DNA of 64,000 nucleotides, taken from an uncultured candidate division Zixibacteria bacterium. GTDB lineage: Bacteria > Zixibacteria > MSB-5A5 > GN15 > PGXB01. Under the pieces are notes generated by a model. That model was not told the origin of the DNA and did not search any database. It saw only the letters and a program-made list of their open reading frames with translations. The position numbers were made by a program, and so were the translations under genes. The stretch is from assembly GCA_963702205.1 (NCBI GenBank), contig OY969724.1, forward strand, positions 2,624,001-2,688,000, in the 5' to 3' direction. Shown piece by piece: positions 10,832-20,856 of the stretch (the stretch's first letter is position 1; each line of letters begins with the position of its first letter).

Positions 10832-10869
10832 AATGTGACCCAAATTAGTCAATTATTCTATTTTGTCAA
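10832..10869 (-). promoter_or_regulatory. Candidate sigma70 promoter with overlapping TGAC-N8-GTCA palindrome upstream of nifS
   Basis: Minus strand TTGACA (10869-10864), 16 nt, TAATTT (10847-10842); TGAC 10836-10839 and GTCA 10848-10851. Confidence 0.45.
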
Positions 10870-10906
10870 TACCCATAAATACGGGGCAATGTTCCCCGGC
10901 ATCGAA

Positions 10907-12838
10907 CTAAAAAGCATAAAGGATGGTGAAATGAAAGCGGTAGCCCGCACTGTATAAATGAGTGCGGATGCGGCGGGCGTAATCGAGCCTGATCGGCCCT
11001 GCCGGTGAGATAAACTGAATTCCGGTGCCGTACGCCAGGGCCAGTGAATTCGGCTTAATTTCACTGTAATCCCGGTATCCATTGCCGGCATCGGCGAATA
11101 TCGAGCCCCAGAACTTACCGATCATTTTATAACGAAATTCCTGGTTGGCTATCAAAACAATTCGCGCACCTTCGGGGGTCGGGTCGGGATCTCCCGTTTG
11201 CGGGCCGAGGCTGTTTTCCTTGAAGCCCCGGATGGTATTGGCTCCGCCCAAATAATAACGGACGTCCACCGGCACTTCCTTTGAATTGCCGAACTGGCGG
11301 ACACTCCCGAATTTCAGCCTTGTCGCCGAGATCCAGCCCGGCCAGAATCTCTGGTATCGCGACCACGCGGCGTCCACTTTCCAGAAGGAATCGTCCCCAC
11401 CCAAAAACCCACCGGCGCTCTCAAATCCGAAATTGGTCAGCGATCCGCCGGTCGGGACAAACGGGTTGTTGCGGCTATCGCGGTTAACGGTAAGATAGAA
11501 GCGCCTTCGGTTGGAAAGTTTCTTTTCCTGTTTCAACAGAATCTGGTCTTCCATGCTCAGTCCGGATATTTTAACCGACTCGTATTCGAACCCCGCCAGG
11601 CTTTTGACAACCTGTCCGAACTCGCGGTTGGTCGTAAACGACACCGACCACGTTCGTATTTTATAATCTTGCACGCGATCCTTCACCGGCGGCGAAATCT
11701 CGCCCGTGAAAGTCAGCGGCATTCTGATTCCCAGAAACCACGGTTCTTTAAAACGTAGACGATAACTGTGTTCGAGAAACCGCCATTCCGTAAAGATCAC
11801 CGATGACGCATACGCCGAAAGCTCTATCGACCGCGATCGAAATATATTGCGTTTGCCCCATGCAATTGAGAAAGTCCAGGTAAGGTCCTTGATCGAGTCC
11901 TGCGAAGCACCGGTTTTAATCGAGACATATTGCGGGTTCTTTTCGCGTAACGATAGAATGAAATCCGGATTAAGACGGTTGACCCCTTTGGTCGAATCGC
12001 GGGCGGCACTGTTTAGTTGAAGGGTCAGATAATCGCCCGTTTGATACAACCGCCGCTGGGACTCCATAATGTCTTTGCGTCGGTAAATGTCGCCCGGCTT
12101 AAACGTCAGCTCTCTCATGGCTATTGAGGCATTGTATTTTTTGGCGCTGAGTACCCGAATATCCCCGAAATGCACCAGTGAATCGGAATTAACTTTGAAC
12201 TGGATTCTCGCCCCGTTGGTTTGTGTGGTCGTATCTATGGAATAGTCGGCCATGGAGTACGGATACCCATTATTGGCCAGTTCCGCTTTGATATCATAAA
12301 CGGCCTGTTTCAGTGCGAAGGGATCGACCGGTTTGCCGCCCTCGAATCGACCAGCGATATTACCAAACTCTCCTTCGAATTGCTTTTCGAAGCGGCCCGT
12401 CACAATAACCGAATCGTAAACGAATTGCCGCCCTTCATAAATAAAAAGGCTGACCAGTGCATTGGAATCTTTTGGCAATGGTTCAAACGTCTCGGTCACC
12501 CTGACCCCGAGAAATCCTTTGGACAAATATAAATACTTCACTTCAGATGTATCTTTAAGCGGCGTTTCTCGCTGAACCCGAATTCTACGGTCGGATTTAA
12601 GCGATTTAAAGAAGTTGTGGGTTCTTGAATACAGGGCCGACCTGATTTCAGACCTTGAGAAAAATCCACTATCCTCGGGATTTATGGTCGGATGAATTTC
12701 AATATAAATGGAATCAATTTTGGGCTTTTTGAGAATCCACCTCTGATAGTCCGGATTTATGACAAATTGGGCCATGCACTGCCCGCCCGGCACAATCGCG
12801 AAAATGACGAAAATTACTATTTTGGCGAATTTGCTCAA
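10907..12838 (-). CDS. Omp85-family outer membrane protein (TamA/BamA-like; POTRA plus barrel)
   Basis: POTRA-like N-half (LANNGYPY, RELTFKPGDIY); RDSRNNPF, RYYLGGANTIRGF, SPAGPIRLDY; ends FHFTILYAF; adjacent to TamB. Confidence 0.9.
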   Translation of the reverse strand: MSKFAKIVIFVIFAIVPGGQCMAQFVINPDYQRWILKKPKIDSIYIEIHPTINPEDSGFFSRSEIRSALYSRTHNFFKSLKSDRRIRVQRETPLKDTSEVKYLYLSKGFLGVRVTETFEPLPKDSNALVSLFIYEGRQFVYDSVIVTGRFEKQFEGEFGNIAGRFEGGKPVDPFALKQAVYDIKAELANNGYPYSMADYSIDTTTQTNGARIQFKVNSDSLVHFGDIRVLSAKKYNASIAMRELTFKPGDIYRRKDIMESQRRLYQTGDYLTLQLNSAARDSTKGVNRLNPDFILSLREKNPQYVSIKTGASQDSIKDLTWTFSIAWGKRNIFRSRSIELSAYASSVIFTEWRFLEHSYRLRFKEPWFLGIRMPLTFTGEISPPVKDRVQDYKIRTWSVSFTTNREFGQVVKSLAGFEYESVKISGLSMEDQILLKQEKKLSNRRRFYLTVNRDSRNNPFVPTGGSLTNFGFESAGGFLGGDDSFWKVDAAWSRYQRFWPGWISATRLKFGSVRQFGNSKEVPVDVRYYLGGANTIRGFKENSLGPQTGDPDPTPEGARIVLIANQEFRYKMIGKFWGSIFADAGNGYRDYSEIKPNSLALAYGTGIQFISPAGPIRLDYARRIRTHLYSAGYRFHFTILYAF

Positions 12839-12839
12839 A

Positions 12840-15800
12840 TCAATAGTCCCAGTAAAAATTCAATAATAAATGGTACAGCTCGTTTTCATCCTTGCTGCCT
12901 TCAATCAGAAGGAATCGTTTGAGCCGGTACTCAAAACCAATCTCCTGACCTTGGGAACTTGAAATGGCCGAACGCCCGTAAACATACAAATTGGGATGCA
13001 GCGAAAAACCCAGACCAACTTTTGTACCCAACGGTTCTAATTTGTCGCCATAAACAGGGTCAATCTCGAACGTCTCAACACCGATATTACTTAATGTTCT
13101 CGTGCCGATCTGGGATAACTGTGAGCCGATTAAACCTGCCCCAAAGCTTCCCAGCCTGCCTCCAAGAAAAGTCTCGCTTGAACCGTAACCGTTAGAACCG
13201 GCATAGTAGTCGGTGAAAATCAGGCCCAGCATTTCATCCTTCGTAAATGGAGAATCTTCGCATGGATTAATATCGGGATTGTCCATGGTTCCAGTGATTT
13301 GGATGCAAAGGTCGAGAGTCTGAGTTTGAGGCTGCCCGAACTGGTCGACCTGTTCCGATGCTGCCCGAATTTTAGTACTGGCGGAGATATTCAGCTTAGG
13401 GTTTGGTGATTCGATGTCATCGTAAATTATAGTCCCGCCGGGGTCTATTCGATAGGTTCGCCCCTGCAAATAACCTTTGCCTCTGAGGATTTCCAACTGC
13501 CCGATATACCGATAATTATTATTGGTTCGGATAAAATTCAACGAGCCGGAGAGCTCGGCATCGAGTTCGTCGTTTTTTACCCAGGCGTTCGACGGGAATT
13601 CGACGTTTAGATTCAGATTCCAGGTGTTCTCGTTTCCGAGCGTCGTCAGCAAAAGCCAGCCTTCGTCTTCTTCGGCGAAATTCTCAAGATAGTGGGCACT
13701 GATTATATTGACGTCTCCATAAACTGTTGGCGGCGTTCGGCCTTTAATCACCAGATTGGCGTCGGCTACCGCCGATATGTCTCCCAATTCATATTTGACG
13801 GGGAATTGCTTAAGTGTCACTTTAAGGTTATAATCGAGCGTATCCAATGAAACAATCGTAACTGTTCCTTCAGCGCCGATTTTTCCCAATTCCCGGTTGC
13901 CATCGCGACATATGGCCGACGCCGATTTGACATGAATGGTCTTGTTTTCCATCTCCAGATTCAGATTGAAATTCTCCAGCGGAAGGACCAGATCATACGG
14001 CTTTATTTTTCCGTCATTTATCGACGCCTGGCCGTCGATGTTGGGCGTAAGTGGCTTGCCGGTCAGCCGGAATGAGGCATCGAATTGCCCTTCCATGTCC
14101 TCGATCTCCGGCATATACATCTGGATTAAATCAAAGGTCGTATCGCGGCCGACGATATCGATTGACTGCTCCGCATCGGGGAACCGGTTGGCCACCGTCT
14201 CCAGCGCGAGGTTTATGGGGAATTCTCCCTGCGCGCGGAAATACCCGCCCCTCGTTTTAAGATACAGAGAACCGATATTGACTTTTTCATCGGCATAGTC
14301 GAATGCCGTATATAAATCCAGATTCAATTGCTTACCGCTGACGGGATGAGTATAAGCCAAAGAATCCACAAACGCGTCGCACGATATTATCGGCGACCCC
14401 AGAGTTCCGTGCACACTGATCGAGCCCGACATTATTCCCGAAATATTGAAATCCTCGGTAATCAGCCTGACCCAGGTGGCGATCTCGGCAGTCTGGACGT
14501 TTATGTCGAAATCAATCGACTCATCGTAATTATACCTGCCGCTCGCGACCAGAAGCCCACCCGATGGATTCAATTCGCATTGTTTGATATCGTATCCGGC
14601 AGAATCAATGTCGATCAAGACCGGCTCGACACTAACAATCGGCTGATCGAACAACGTGATTATGGCCGTATCCAGTTCCAGATGCATCGGCTCCGACATA
14701 TAATCCAGATTCGCCGTCGCCGACGCACTTCCGAAATCGTTATCGAAAAATAAGCGGGTGATGCCGACAAATTCAGAGTCGACGTCCATATCCAGTTCCA
14801 GGTCGTTGAACGGAAGCTGATAGGCGGCGCCATTGTACATCCGAGCAAAGGCCTTCCCCGACCTCTTCCCCATAAATCGTTCAATGCCGCATTCGAGTTC
14901 GGCCGAGTCGGAGAAGATATCGTACAACCATAACGAATCGGAAGTCAGCCGGCCGGTCAGATCGGGGTCGGCGGTTTTGCCGGTAACCGTGTATGTGGCG
15001 GACCCACGGCCGCCCAGAGTTTCTATGAAAGTCAGGCTGTCAAACCGTGACAAATCATTGAAATTGGCGGTACCCTCGATATAGATATCGCCGCTGTAAT
15101 TGACCCGTCCTGAAAATATGAACTGATTGTCATAATATCCGAGCATGAAGTCCTTGTCAAACATTATACTGTCGGTCGTAATGGTGGCATGACCGCGAGC
15201 CACGTGGGGCGCAATAATGTCAAACGTCGATTTGCCCAATCCCAGGTCGACGTCGATCGTCATATCATTACTTTTCAACCCTCGGCCAACCAGATCAAGC
15301 GATCCCGAGAGATCAGATTTAAATGAGCCTGGAACAAGGTGATCGAGGTTAAAGCCATTAATATCCCCATGTAGTCCGTAGGTTTCCGGATGTGCTCCGA
15401 GATTCAAAAAGCCATTGGCTTCCACCCCACAGCCGCCCAATATGGTGCCATCGAGGGTGTCAAAGGTAATGTAATTGTCTTTCATCGTAAATCTGGCCGA
15501 AAGCGAATCGAACGAGCGGTTCATGAAGTCACCGCCGACGTGCACGTCACCGTGCAGAGTCTTGTCTGCGTAATCCAGGCTGCCGCGCAAAGAAACATTG
15601 CCGTTAAGGTCCGGTCCGAGGAAGCTGGCCAGTTCCGGCACGTTGAGATTTTCGGCTGACACGGTCAGGTTCCAGTTGAGGCTGTCGCCGAACTGCACGT
15701 GCCCGTCCATAATCATATCCGAGGAATCTGTAATCAGAAACAGGCTTTGAAAGAGCAGGTCGTTTCGGTTGAGGGTTATCTTTCCCCCGGCCGTTTTGAT

Positions 15801-16397
15801 GCTGAGGCGATCTTCCGATGACTCATAGCTCAGCCCGTCGATGTCCATCGAATACGTCCCGCCCTGGCCCGACATGTGGGCTTTAAAAATTATGTCATTG
15901 AAGGTCACGGTATCTTTGGGACGGATTATATTCAATTTCAGCTTGTTTAGCCCCAGTTCCTGAATTTCGAAGTCGAATACGGTCTGACCGCCGCCTTCTT
16001 TGGGCTCCGGCCTGGGCAACAACCAATGGCCATCGGGGGCCTGCTTTATGGTTATTTCCGCCGAATCTATAAATATCTTTTTGAAGATGATCTGATTTTT
16101 CCAGAAATCTTCCAGTGAATATTCAAAAGAGAATTCCGGGATCGATGCCATGATGTACTGGGTTGTACTATCCTTGTACAAAATGTCCAGACGATTGACG
16201 TTAAGTTCGGAAAACATGTTGCCGGTAATTTCCTGAATATGCACCTGCACCGGGAGCTGCTCGCCGATGATATCCTGAAGCGCTTTATTCGAAAGCTTTT
16301 CGATAAGGCCGAAATGGAACAGCGCCAAATAGGCCGTCGCCAGGAAGACCACCACCGAAATGACAATTGCCAGTATTATTCTATAAAGCAGACGCAT
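12840..16397 (-). CDS. Translocation/assembly module TamB-like protein
   Basis: N-terminal TM anchor; long beta-rich body with GTLGSP, GKPLTP and GTMDNP turns; DUF490-like C-terminus; paired with an Omp85 gene. Confidence 0.85.
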   Translation of the reverse strand: MRLLYRIILAIVISVVVFLATAYLALFHFGLIEKLSNKALQDIIGEQLPVQVHIQEITGNMFSELNVNRLDILYKDSTTQYIMASIPEFSFEYSLEDFWKNQIIFKKIFIDSAEITIKQAPDGHWLLPRPEPKEGGGQTVFDFEIQELGLNKLKLNIIRPKDTVTFNDIIFKAHMSGQGGTYSMDIDGLSYESSEDRLSIKTAGGKITLNRNDLLFQSLFLITDSSDMIMDGHVQFGDSLNWNLTVSAENLNVPELASFLGPDLNGNVSLRGSLDYADKTLHGDVHVGGDFMNRSFDSLSARFTMKDNYITFDTLDGTILGGCGVEANGFLNLGAHPETYGLHGDINGFNLDHLVPGSFKSDLSGSLDLVGRGLKSNDMTIDVDLGLGKSTFDIIAPHVARGHATITTDSIMFDKDFMLGYYDNQFIFSGRVNYSGDIYIEGTANFNDLSRFDSLTFIETLGGRGSATYTVTGKTADPDLTGRLTSDSLWLYDIFSDSAELECGIERFMGKRSGKAFARMYNGAAYQLPFNDLELDMDVDSEFVGITRLFFDNDFGSASATANLDYMSEPMHLELDTAIITLFDQPIVSVEPVLIDIDSAGYDIKQCELNPSGGLLVASGRYNYDESIDFDINVQTAEIATWVRLITEDFNISGIMSGSISVHGTLGSPIISCDAFVDSLAYTHPVSGKQLNLDLYTAFDYADEKVNIGSLYLKTRGGYFRAQGEFPINLALETVANRFPDAEQSIDIVGRDTTFDLIQMYMPEIEDMEGQFDASFRLTGKPLTPNIDGQASINDGKIKPYDLVLPLENFNLNLEMENKTIHVKSASAICRDGNRELGKIGAEGTVTIVSLDTLDYNLKVTLKQFPVKYELGDISAVADANLVIKGRTPPTVYGDVNIISAHYLENFAEEDEGWLLLTTLGNENTWNLNLNVEFPSNAWVKNDELDAELSGSLNFIRTNNNYRYIGQLEILRGKGYLQGRTYRIDPGGTIIYDDIESPNPKLNISASTKIRAASEQVDQFGQPQTQTLDLCIQITGTMDNPDINPCEDSPFTKDEMLGLIFTDYYAGSNGYGSSETFLGGRLGSFGAGLIGSQLSQIGTRTLSNIGVETFEIDPVYGDKLEPLGTKVGLGFSLHPNLYVYGRSAISSSQGQEIGFEYRLKRFLLIEGSKDENELYHLLLNFYWDY

Positions 16398-17070
16398 TCT
16401 TGCGTTCCAGCTCCTTAATTAACGTCACCGTCATGACTGCGTTTTCCGACGATACCAGCGGGCGTATATCCGCAAGCACGGTTTTCAGCATTTCGAAACT
16501 CGCTCCCATATTGAGGCTGCCGAGCAAATGAGACAGAAGCTGGCGGCGACGACCGTCGACAATCAACGCCGCCACTTCGGCCAGTTCTCTTTCTATATGG
16601 CTCAAACCGGGACGGCTAAGTACTTTGCCGTAACCTTCCACCACCATCCAGCGAAACAACTCCGGAGATACGTTCAGGAATTTTTCCCGCAGACGTTCGT
16701 AATTTTTCCCGTACACATCACGGCACAGCTTTGAACCGTCATCGAACCATCGCCGTGATTCCTCAGGTGTAATCGGTCCAAAAATACTACGGTCCTTTCC
16801 GTTGCCATACACTTCATTATATGCCAGAGCGGCCTCGATCATTCGTGGAAATCCAAGAAAAAGATAGCTTTGCAGGATAGTTTCGTGAATGGCCGTTTGA
16901 TCGAACTCTCGTGATTTGAAATATCTCATCGCGATCTCGGTCTTAGCCGTATGACCGATGGATATAATACCTGACAATACGGCAATCGGCCGGTACCTGC
17001 CCTCGCTGCAGTCGTCGAACAGCGATCCAAGATGTTTTTTTAGGCCATCATCAGTTAACATGATTTCCAT
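16381..17070 (-). CDS. Carboxymuconolactone decarboxylase (CMD/AhpD-like) family protein
   Basis: ETILQSYLFLGFPRM, YGKVLSRPGLS..ERELAEVAAL, QLLSHLLGSLNMGAS. True start may be the second Met (17061). Confidence 0.85.
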   Translation of the reverse strand: MEIMLTDDGLKKHLGSLFDDCSEGRYRPIAVLSGIISIGHTAKTEIAMRYFKSREFDQTAIHETILQSYLFLGFPRMIEAALAYNEVYGNGKDRSIFGPITPEESRRWFDDGSKLCRDVYGKNYERLREKFLNVSPELFRWMVVEGYGKVLSRPGLSHIERELAEVAALIVDGRRRQLLSHLLGSLNMGASFEMLKTVLADIRPLVSSENAVMTVTLIKELERKNASAL

Positions 17071-17112
17071 TATAAATATTTGAAGGTGGCAATGGCAACT
17101 GCGTTTTTGCAG

Positions 17113-18273
17113 TTAGCGTGTTTGATGGACTTGTTTCTGCAGCGATTCCAGTTCTTTTTCAAGTCCGGAGATTAGATTTTGCAGGGAATCGACCCGGTTC
17201 GTGTTTTCCTGGCTGACGAAATTGGTTCTCCCCGGTTCCTGGGCGTTTATCGACGCCGACGCCAGAGTCGCCTGTATCAATATGGCCCGGGAATTGCGGA
17301 CAACCTGAAGACTTACTTGCGACCCCGGCAGCGACTGCATGATATAGTGCATCAGTTCACTGGCCGAAAGTACCGGAAGGGTGTTAATACCGGTAATAAT
17401 GTCGCCCGTTTTAATCCCCGCTCTGCACGCGGGAGAATCCTTTACCACGTCCGTCACGAACGCCCCGTTGATTAAATTCTGGCTCTTGGCGGGCCTTTCC
17501 AGGGCATTATTGTCTTCGTAGTACTCGATATCGGCCGAACTTATGCCGAGATACCCGGCCTTTCTCGAACCGCAGCATTTCATCTGGGCTATAATGTTGC
17601 TCAACTGATAGGCCGGAATGGCCACGCCCGTCTGCGTCTCGATGCCGTTGCCGAAACCCGATACGATCAGCCCGGCCAGCTGGCCGGTCATGGTAAACAG
17701 ACCGCCGCCGATGGATCCCGAAGATATTGGCGCCGTGAACTGAAGATTGCCATCACTACGCACGCCGACACAAAATCCGAGACTCGGAGCGGTCGACATG
17801 CCGTAGGCGTTCCCGAGCGCGATCACCATCTGTCCCAGCCGGGGTTCATCGTCGTAAAAATTAACGGCCGGAACCGGTGGAATATCGGCCTTGAGAAGAG
17901 CCAGCCCGGTTCGATAATCGATACCGATCAATTCCGCCTGATAAGCTTTTTTATCGAGCCAGACATAATGCTGCGGGAAACCGTAGACGGATGCCGCTGC
18001 TGTCATGATTAAACCCGAGGAATCGACGATTATACCGCTGGAAATGAGATTCATGGACGTCCGTGAGGAATTAGCGGCCGCTTCACTGGTCCGTGACGCG
18101 ACCGCCTCGACCGTCACGATGAAGCGGGACGAGGCGTTAATAAGTCGCTCCAGGTGCATATCGAGACTGTCTAATGTCATCGATGAAGATGGAGCGGCTA
18201 CCGATAAAAATGCCGCCGAAATTATGAATATCATCAAATTTCTGGCGGCAAAACTGGAGTTAGGCTTTAGCAT
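17113..18273 (-). CDS. Secreted trypsin-like (HtrA/DegS) domain plus PDZ protein, apparently catalytically dead
   Basis: Signal peptide; SGIIVDSSGLIMT, LGQMVIALGNAYG, PDZ GYLGI...SPACRAGIKTGDII; triad positions substituted; C-terminal coiled coil. Confidence 0.85.
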   Translation of the reverse strand: MLKPNSSFAARNLMIFIISAAFLSVAAPSSSMTLDSLDMHLERLINASSRFIVTVEAVASRTSEAAANSSRTSMNLISSGIIVDSSGLIMTAAASVYGFPQHYVWLDKKAYQAELIGIDYRTGLALLKADIPPVPAVNFYDDEPRLGQMVIALGNAYGMSTAPSLGFCVGVRSDGNLQFTAPISSGSIGGGLFTMTGQLAGLIVSGFGNGIETQTGVAIPAYQLSNIIAQMKCCGSRKAGYLGISSADIEYYEDNNALERPAKSQNLINGAFVTDVVKDSPACRAGIKTGDIITGINTLPVLSASELMHYIMQSLPGSQVSLQVVRNSRAILIQATLASASINAQEPGRTNFVSQENTNRVDSLQNLISGLEKELESLQKQVHQTR

Positions 18274-18274
18274 T

Positions 18275-18991
18275 TTAGAACGTTTCCTGCACCTCCCTGA
18301 CGGCATCGGTTTGTGGTGTAATATAATTCCTAATTACCGGCTGCCCCAGAGGAGCTACAAATGTCTGACCGTTTTGCTGGAATAGAATAAAGCCGCCGCG
18401 AAACGGAATACGACCGAAATTCGAAAAACCATTATTGCTTCCGGCCAGTTGATTCATATAGCCACGAATACGATTGGCCCGCGCCATGTGACGGTTGAAC
18501 TCCCACTGCTGGTCGACGTGTTGAGCCAGAACGTGATTGTCGTTCGGCTGAGCAGTCAGATAACGATCATCCGTATTGACACTGGCGGGCGATACGTTTT
18601 CGGCCATAACAGGTGATTGATCGGGAACGGAAAACGGTCCGAAGCCTCCGGCAAAAACGAACGCCAGCACGAGGCAGGCCGTGGCCGACACCGAGACAAC
18701 TGTCCGCACTCCGAAAGCCGGAGCCTTTTTGGGCAGGTAGGCTTTCTTGCGCGTTTCCTTGAATCTTTCATCGGCGATACGGTTCAAAAGCCGGGTGTTA
18801 AAGTCACCGGAAACCTCCGGTTGTTCCAGCTTAAGTTTATTTTTGGCTACCGCCAGTTCCCGGAAAATCATTTCTTCCCGTCGGCATTCGGGACAACTGT
18901 CAAGGTGGTACACAACTTCCCTCTGACGCGTCCCCGAAAGCTCGCCATTACAGTAAGCTGACAGGAAGGAGCGTACCTTTCGACAACGCAT
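18275..18991 (-). CDS. Zinc-binding anti-sigma factor (zf-HC2/ZAS) with one TM helix
   Basis: MRCRKVRSFLSAY...HLDSCPEC (HxxxCxxC); TM segment VVSVSATACLVLAFVF; RBS GGAGG before ATG 18991; overlaps the sigma gene's 3' end. Confidence 0.9.
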   Translation of the reverse strand: MRCRKVRSFLSAYCNGELSGTRQREVVYHLDSCPECRREEMIFRELAVAKNKLKLEQPEVSGDFNTRLLNRIADERFKETRKKAYLPKKAPAFGVRTVVSVSATACLVLAFVFAGGFGPFSVPDQSPVMAENVSPASVNTDDRYLTAQPNDNHVLAQHVDQQWEFNRHMARANRIRGYMNQLAGSNNGFSNFGRIPFRGGFILFQQNGQTFVAPLGQPVIRNYITPQTDAVREVQETF

Positions 18992-19550
18992 TGTATTCCT
19001 CCATTCTCGGTTGCAATTTTTCCCGAAGCAAAGCCCGGGCACGGTTAACGCGGGACTTGACCGTCCCAAGCGGTATGTGCATTATTTTTGCGACTTCATC
19101 ATAAGGTTGTTCTTCGATATCGCGCAGGATAAAAGCGGTGCGATACTTTTCGGGAAGGTCCTCCACCGCCTTTTTCAGCGCCTGCGGCAGATTGGTCGGG
19201 ACTTTCATCTCAACCGCTATTTCATTTTCCTTGCCCTGCATGTCGTCGATATCGAAAAATTTGAAACGTTTACGTTTCCTCAGCTCGTTGCGAGCCAGAT
19301 TCAAAGCGATCGTATAAAGCCACGTGGAAAAACAGTGGCGGAAATCAAATGAATCCCGGTGCTGATATACTCTGACGAATGTTTCCTGCACTATATCCTC
19401 GGCTTCTTCCTGACTTTGAATCATCCTTATTATGACGTTCATCAAGCGGTTTTTGTAACGATCCACAATTTTGCCAAAGGCAACCATGTCACCGTTCTGA
19501 ACCCTCTTGAAAAGGTCATAATCTATGTTCTTTTCAGTTCCTTCAGCCAC
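18948..19550 (-). CDS. ECF RNA polymerase sigma factor (RpoE/SigW-like)
   Basis: AEDIVQETF, FSTWLYTIALNLARNELR, LPEKYRTAFILRD, PLGTVKSRVNRAR; GTG 19550 preceded by AAAGG. Confidence 0.95.
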   Translation of the reverse strand: MAEGTEKNIDYDLFKRVQNGDMVAFGKIVDRYKNRLMNVIIRMIQSQEEAEDIVQETFVRVYQHRDSFDFRHCFSTWLYTIALNLARNELRKRKRFKFFDIDDMQGKENEIAVEMKVPTNLPQALKKAVEDLPEKYRTAFILRDIEEQPYDEVAKIMHIPLGTVKSRVNRARALLREKLQPRMEEYNALSKGTLLPVSLL

Positions 19551-19573
19551 ATCATACCTTTCGTTGGCAGTTA

Positions 19574-19606
19574 TAAGTGTTACACTTAACCATATTATTG
19601 GTTCCA
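19574..19606 (-). promoter_or_regulatory. Candidate autoregulatory ECF promoter
   Basis: Minus strand TGGAAC-N16-TGTAA about 30 nt upstream of the sigma start; 7-1-7 palindrome TAAGTGT-T-ACACTTA over the -10. Confidence 0.5.
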
Positions 19607-20041
19607 CTTTTTATATAAAATAGTTTCAACATATGTCATTGCCACTTATTACTTTACAAAATTCAATACGTTTGCAAATGTCCTTTTAGCCAGACTTAAG
19701 GCAAAATCCATACTAATCCGGCCCACTTTCTGAAAATATATACTTTTCCGCTTGTCGCCCACCAACTTAAAAACTTTGTTTTTTATCCTCTCAAACATCA
19801 GGGCGACAATCAGGGTGAATAATTCAAGTGCAAATACCATGGAAGCCGAACAGATATTGTGCGGCGCTACTTGAAGCGCATGGCTATGCTAATGTGCGAC
19901 ATACGGTTACAAACACCGTAAATTCGGCGCGAGTTTTGCTCTATAGAATGACGTGAGATTAGTTTTATATTGACCCATTATTGGGCGAATCCTATTATCG
20001 GTGTTAAGGAACACGCGCAGAAATACCCATTGGAGGGGATA

Positions 20042-20833
20042 ATGGAGAAATATTTTAAAATACTGTTATTTATGATTCTTATGCCCATGATAATGCCGAA
20101 TCTCGGTCGGGCGCAGGTCGACGAAACCCAGTCGCTTTATGACCTTCCACCTCGGTGGTTGATCGACTGCCCGACCTCAATGACGCTGCCGCGCGGCTGC
20201 TTTGACGTCATTATGCGGGTTTACCCCAATGGCGGGATTCTCGGCAGCACGTCCATAGGCCTTACCAATCGTTTCACGGTCGGCGTATCCTACGGATCCG
20301 AAGGCATCATCGCCGACGCCCAGCCCAACTGGAACCCCCAAATGGAATTCAATGTCAAACTGGGACTTATCGAGGAATCGATATATTTTCCCGGTTTCGC
20401 GATCGGATTCAATTCGCAGGGACAGGGCTCATACGACGCTCAGCAAAAAAGATACACCTATAAGTCCAAGGGTTTTTATGCGGTCGCGTCCCGATCGTTT
20501 TATTTCATGAACGGGGTATTCAGCGGGCACGCCGGGGTGAATTATTCGCTCGAAAACGAAGTCGACAAGGACGATGATCCGACGGCGTTTTTCGGAATTG
20601 ACACCCGCTTCAATTACAACGTCGGTTTCGTGATGGAGTACGACCTGGCGCTTAACGATAACAAAGCTGCGCAAAGGTACGGAAAAGGGCGCGGCTACCT
20701 TAACATGGGCCTGCGCTGGCTTTATTCCGAAAATCTTGAAATCGAAGTGATATTCAAGAATCTGCTGAACAACCGTCACGACGTTAATTCATTTGGTCGC
20801 GGCCTGCGTTTAACATATATTGAGTACTTCTAA
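20042..20833 (+). CDS. YjbH-domain-like outer membrane beta-barrel protein
   Basis: Signal peptide; LIDCPTSMTLPRG (resembles the LIxxPTA motif); amphipathic strands; terminal Phe; RBS GGAGG. Confidence 0.7.
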   Translation: MEKYFKILLFMILMPMIMPNLGRAQVDETQSLYDLPPRWLIDCPTSMTLPRGCFDVIMRVYPNGGILGSTSIGLTNRFTVGVSYGSEGIIADAQPNWNPQMEFNVKLGLIEESIYFPGFAIGFNSQGQGSYDAQQKRYTYKSKGFYAVASRSFYFMNGVFSGHAGVNYSLENEVDKDDDPTAFFGIDTRFNYNVGFVMEYDLALNDNKAAQRYGKGRGYLNMGLRWLYSENLEIEVIFKNLLNNRHDVNSFGRGLRLTYIEYF

Positions 20834-20856
20834 ATTACTTGCCGAAGGGTTTTGAA

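Noticed and set aside
19649..19840. 63-aa ORF upstream of the ECF sigma gene
   Set aside because: No clear RBS or motif; lies in a divergent promoter region; cannot be fully excluded
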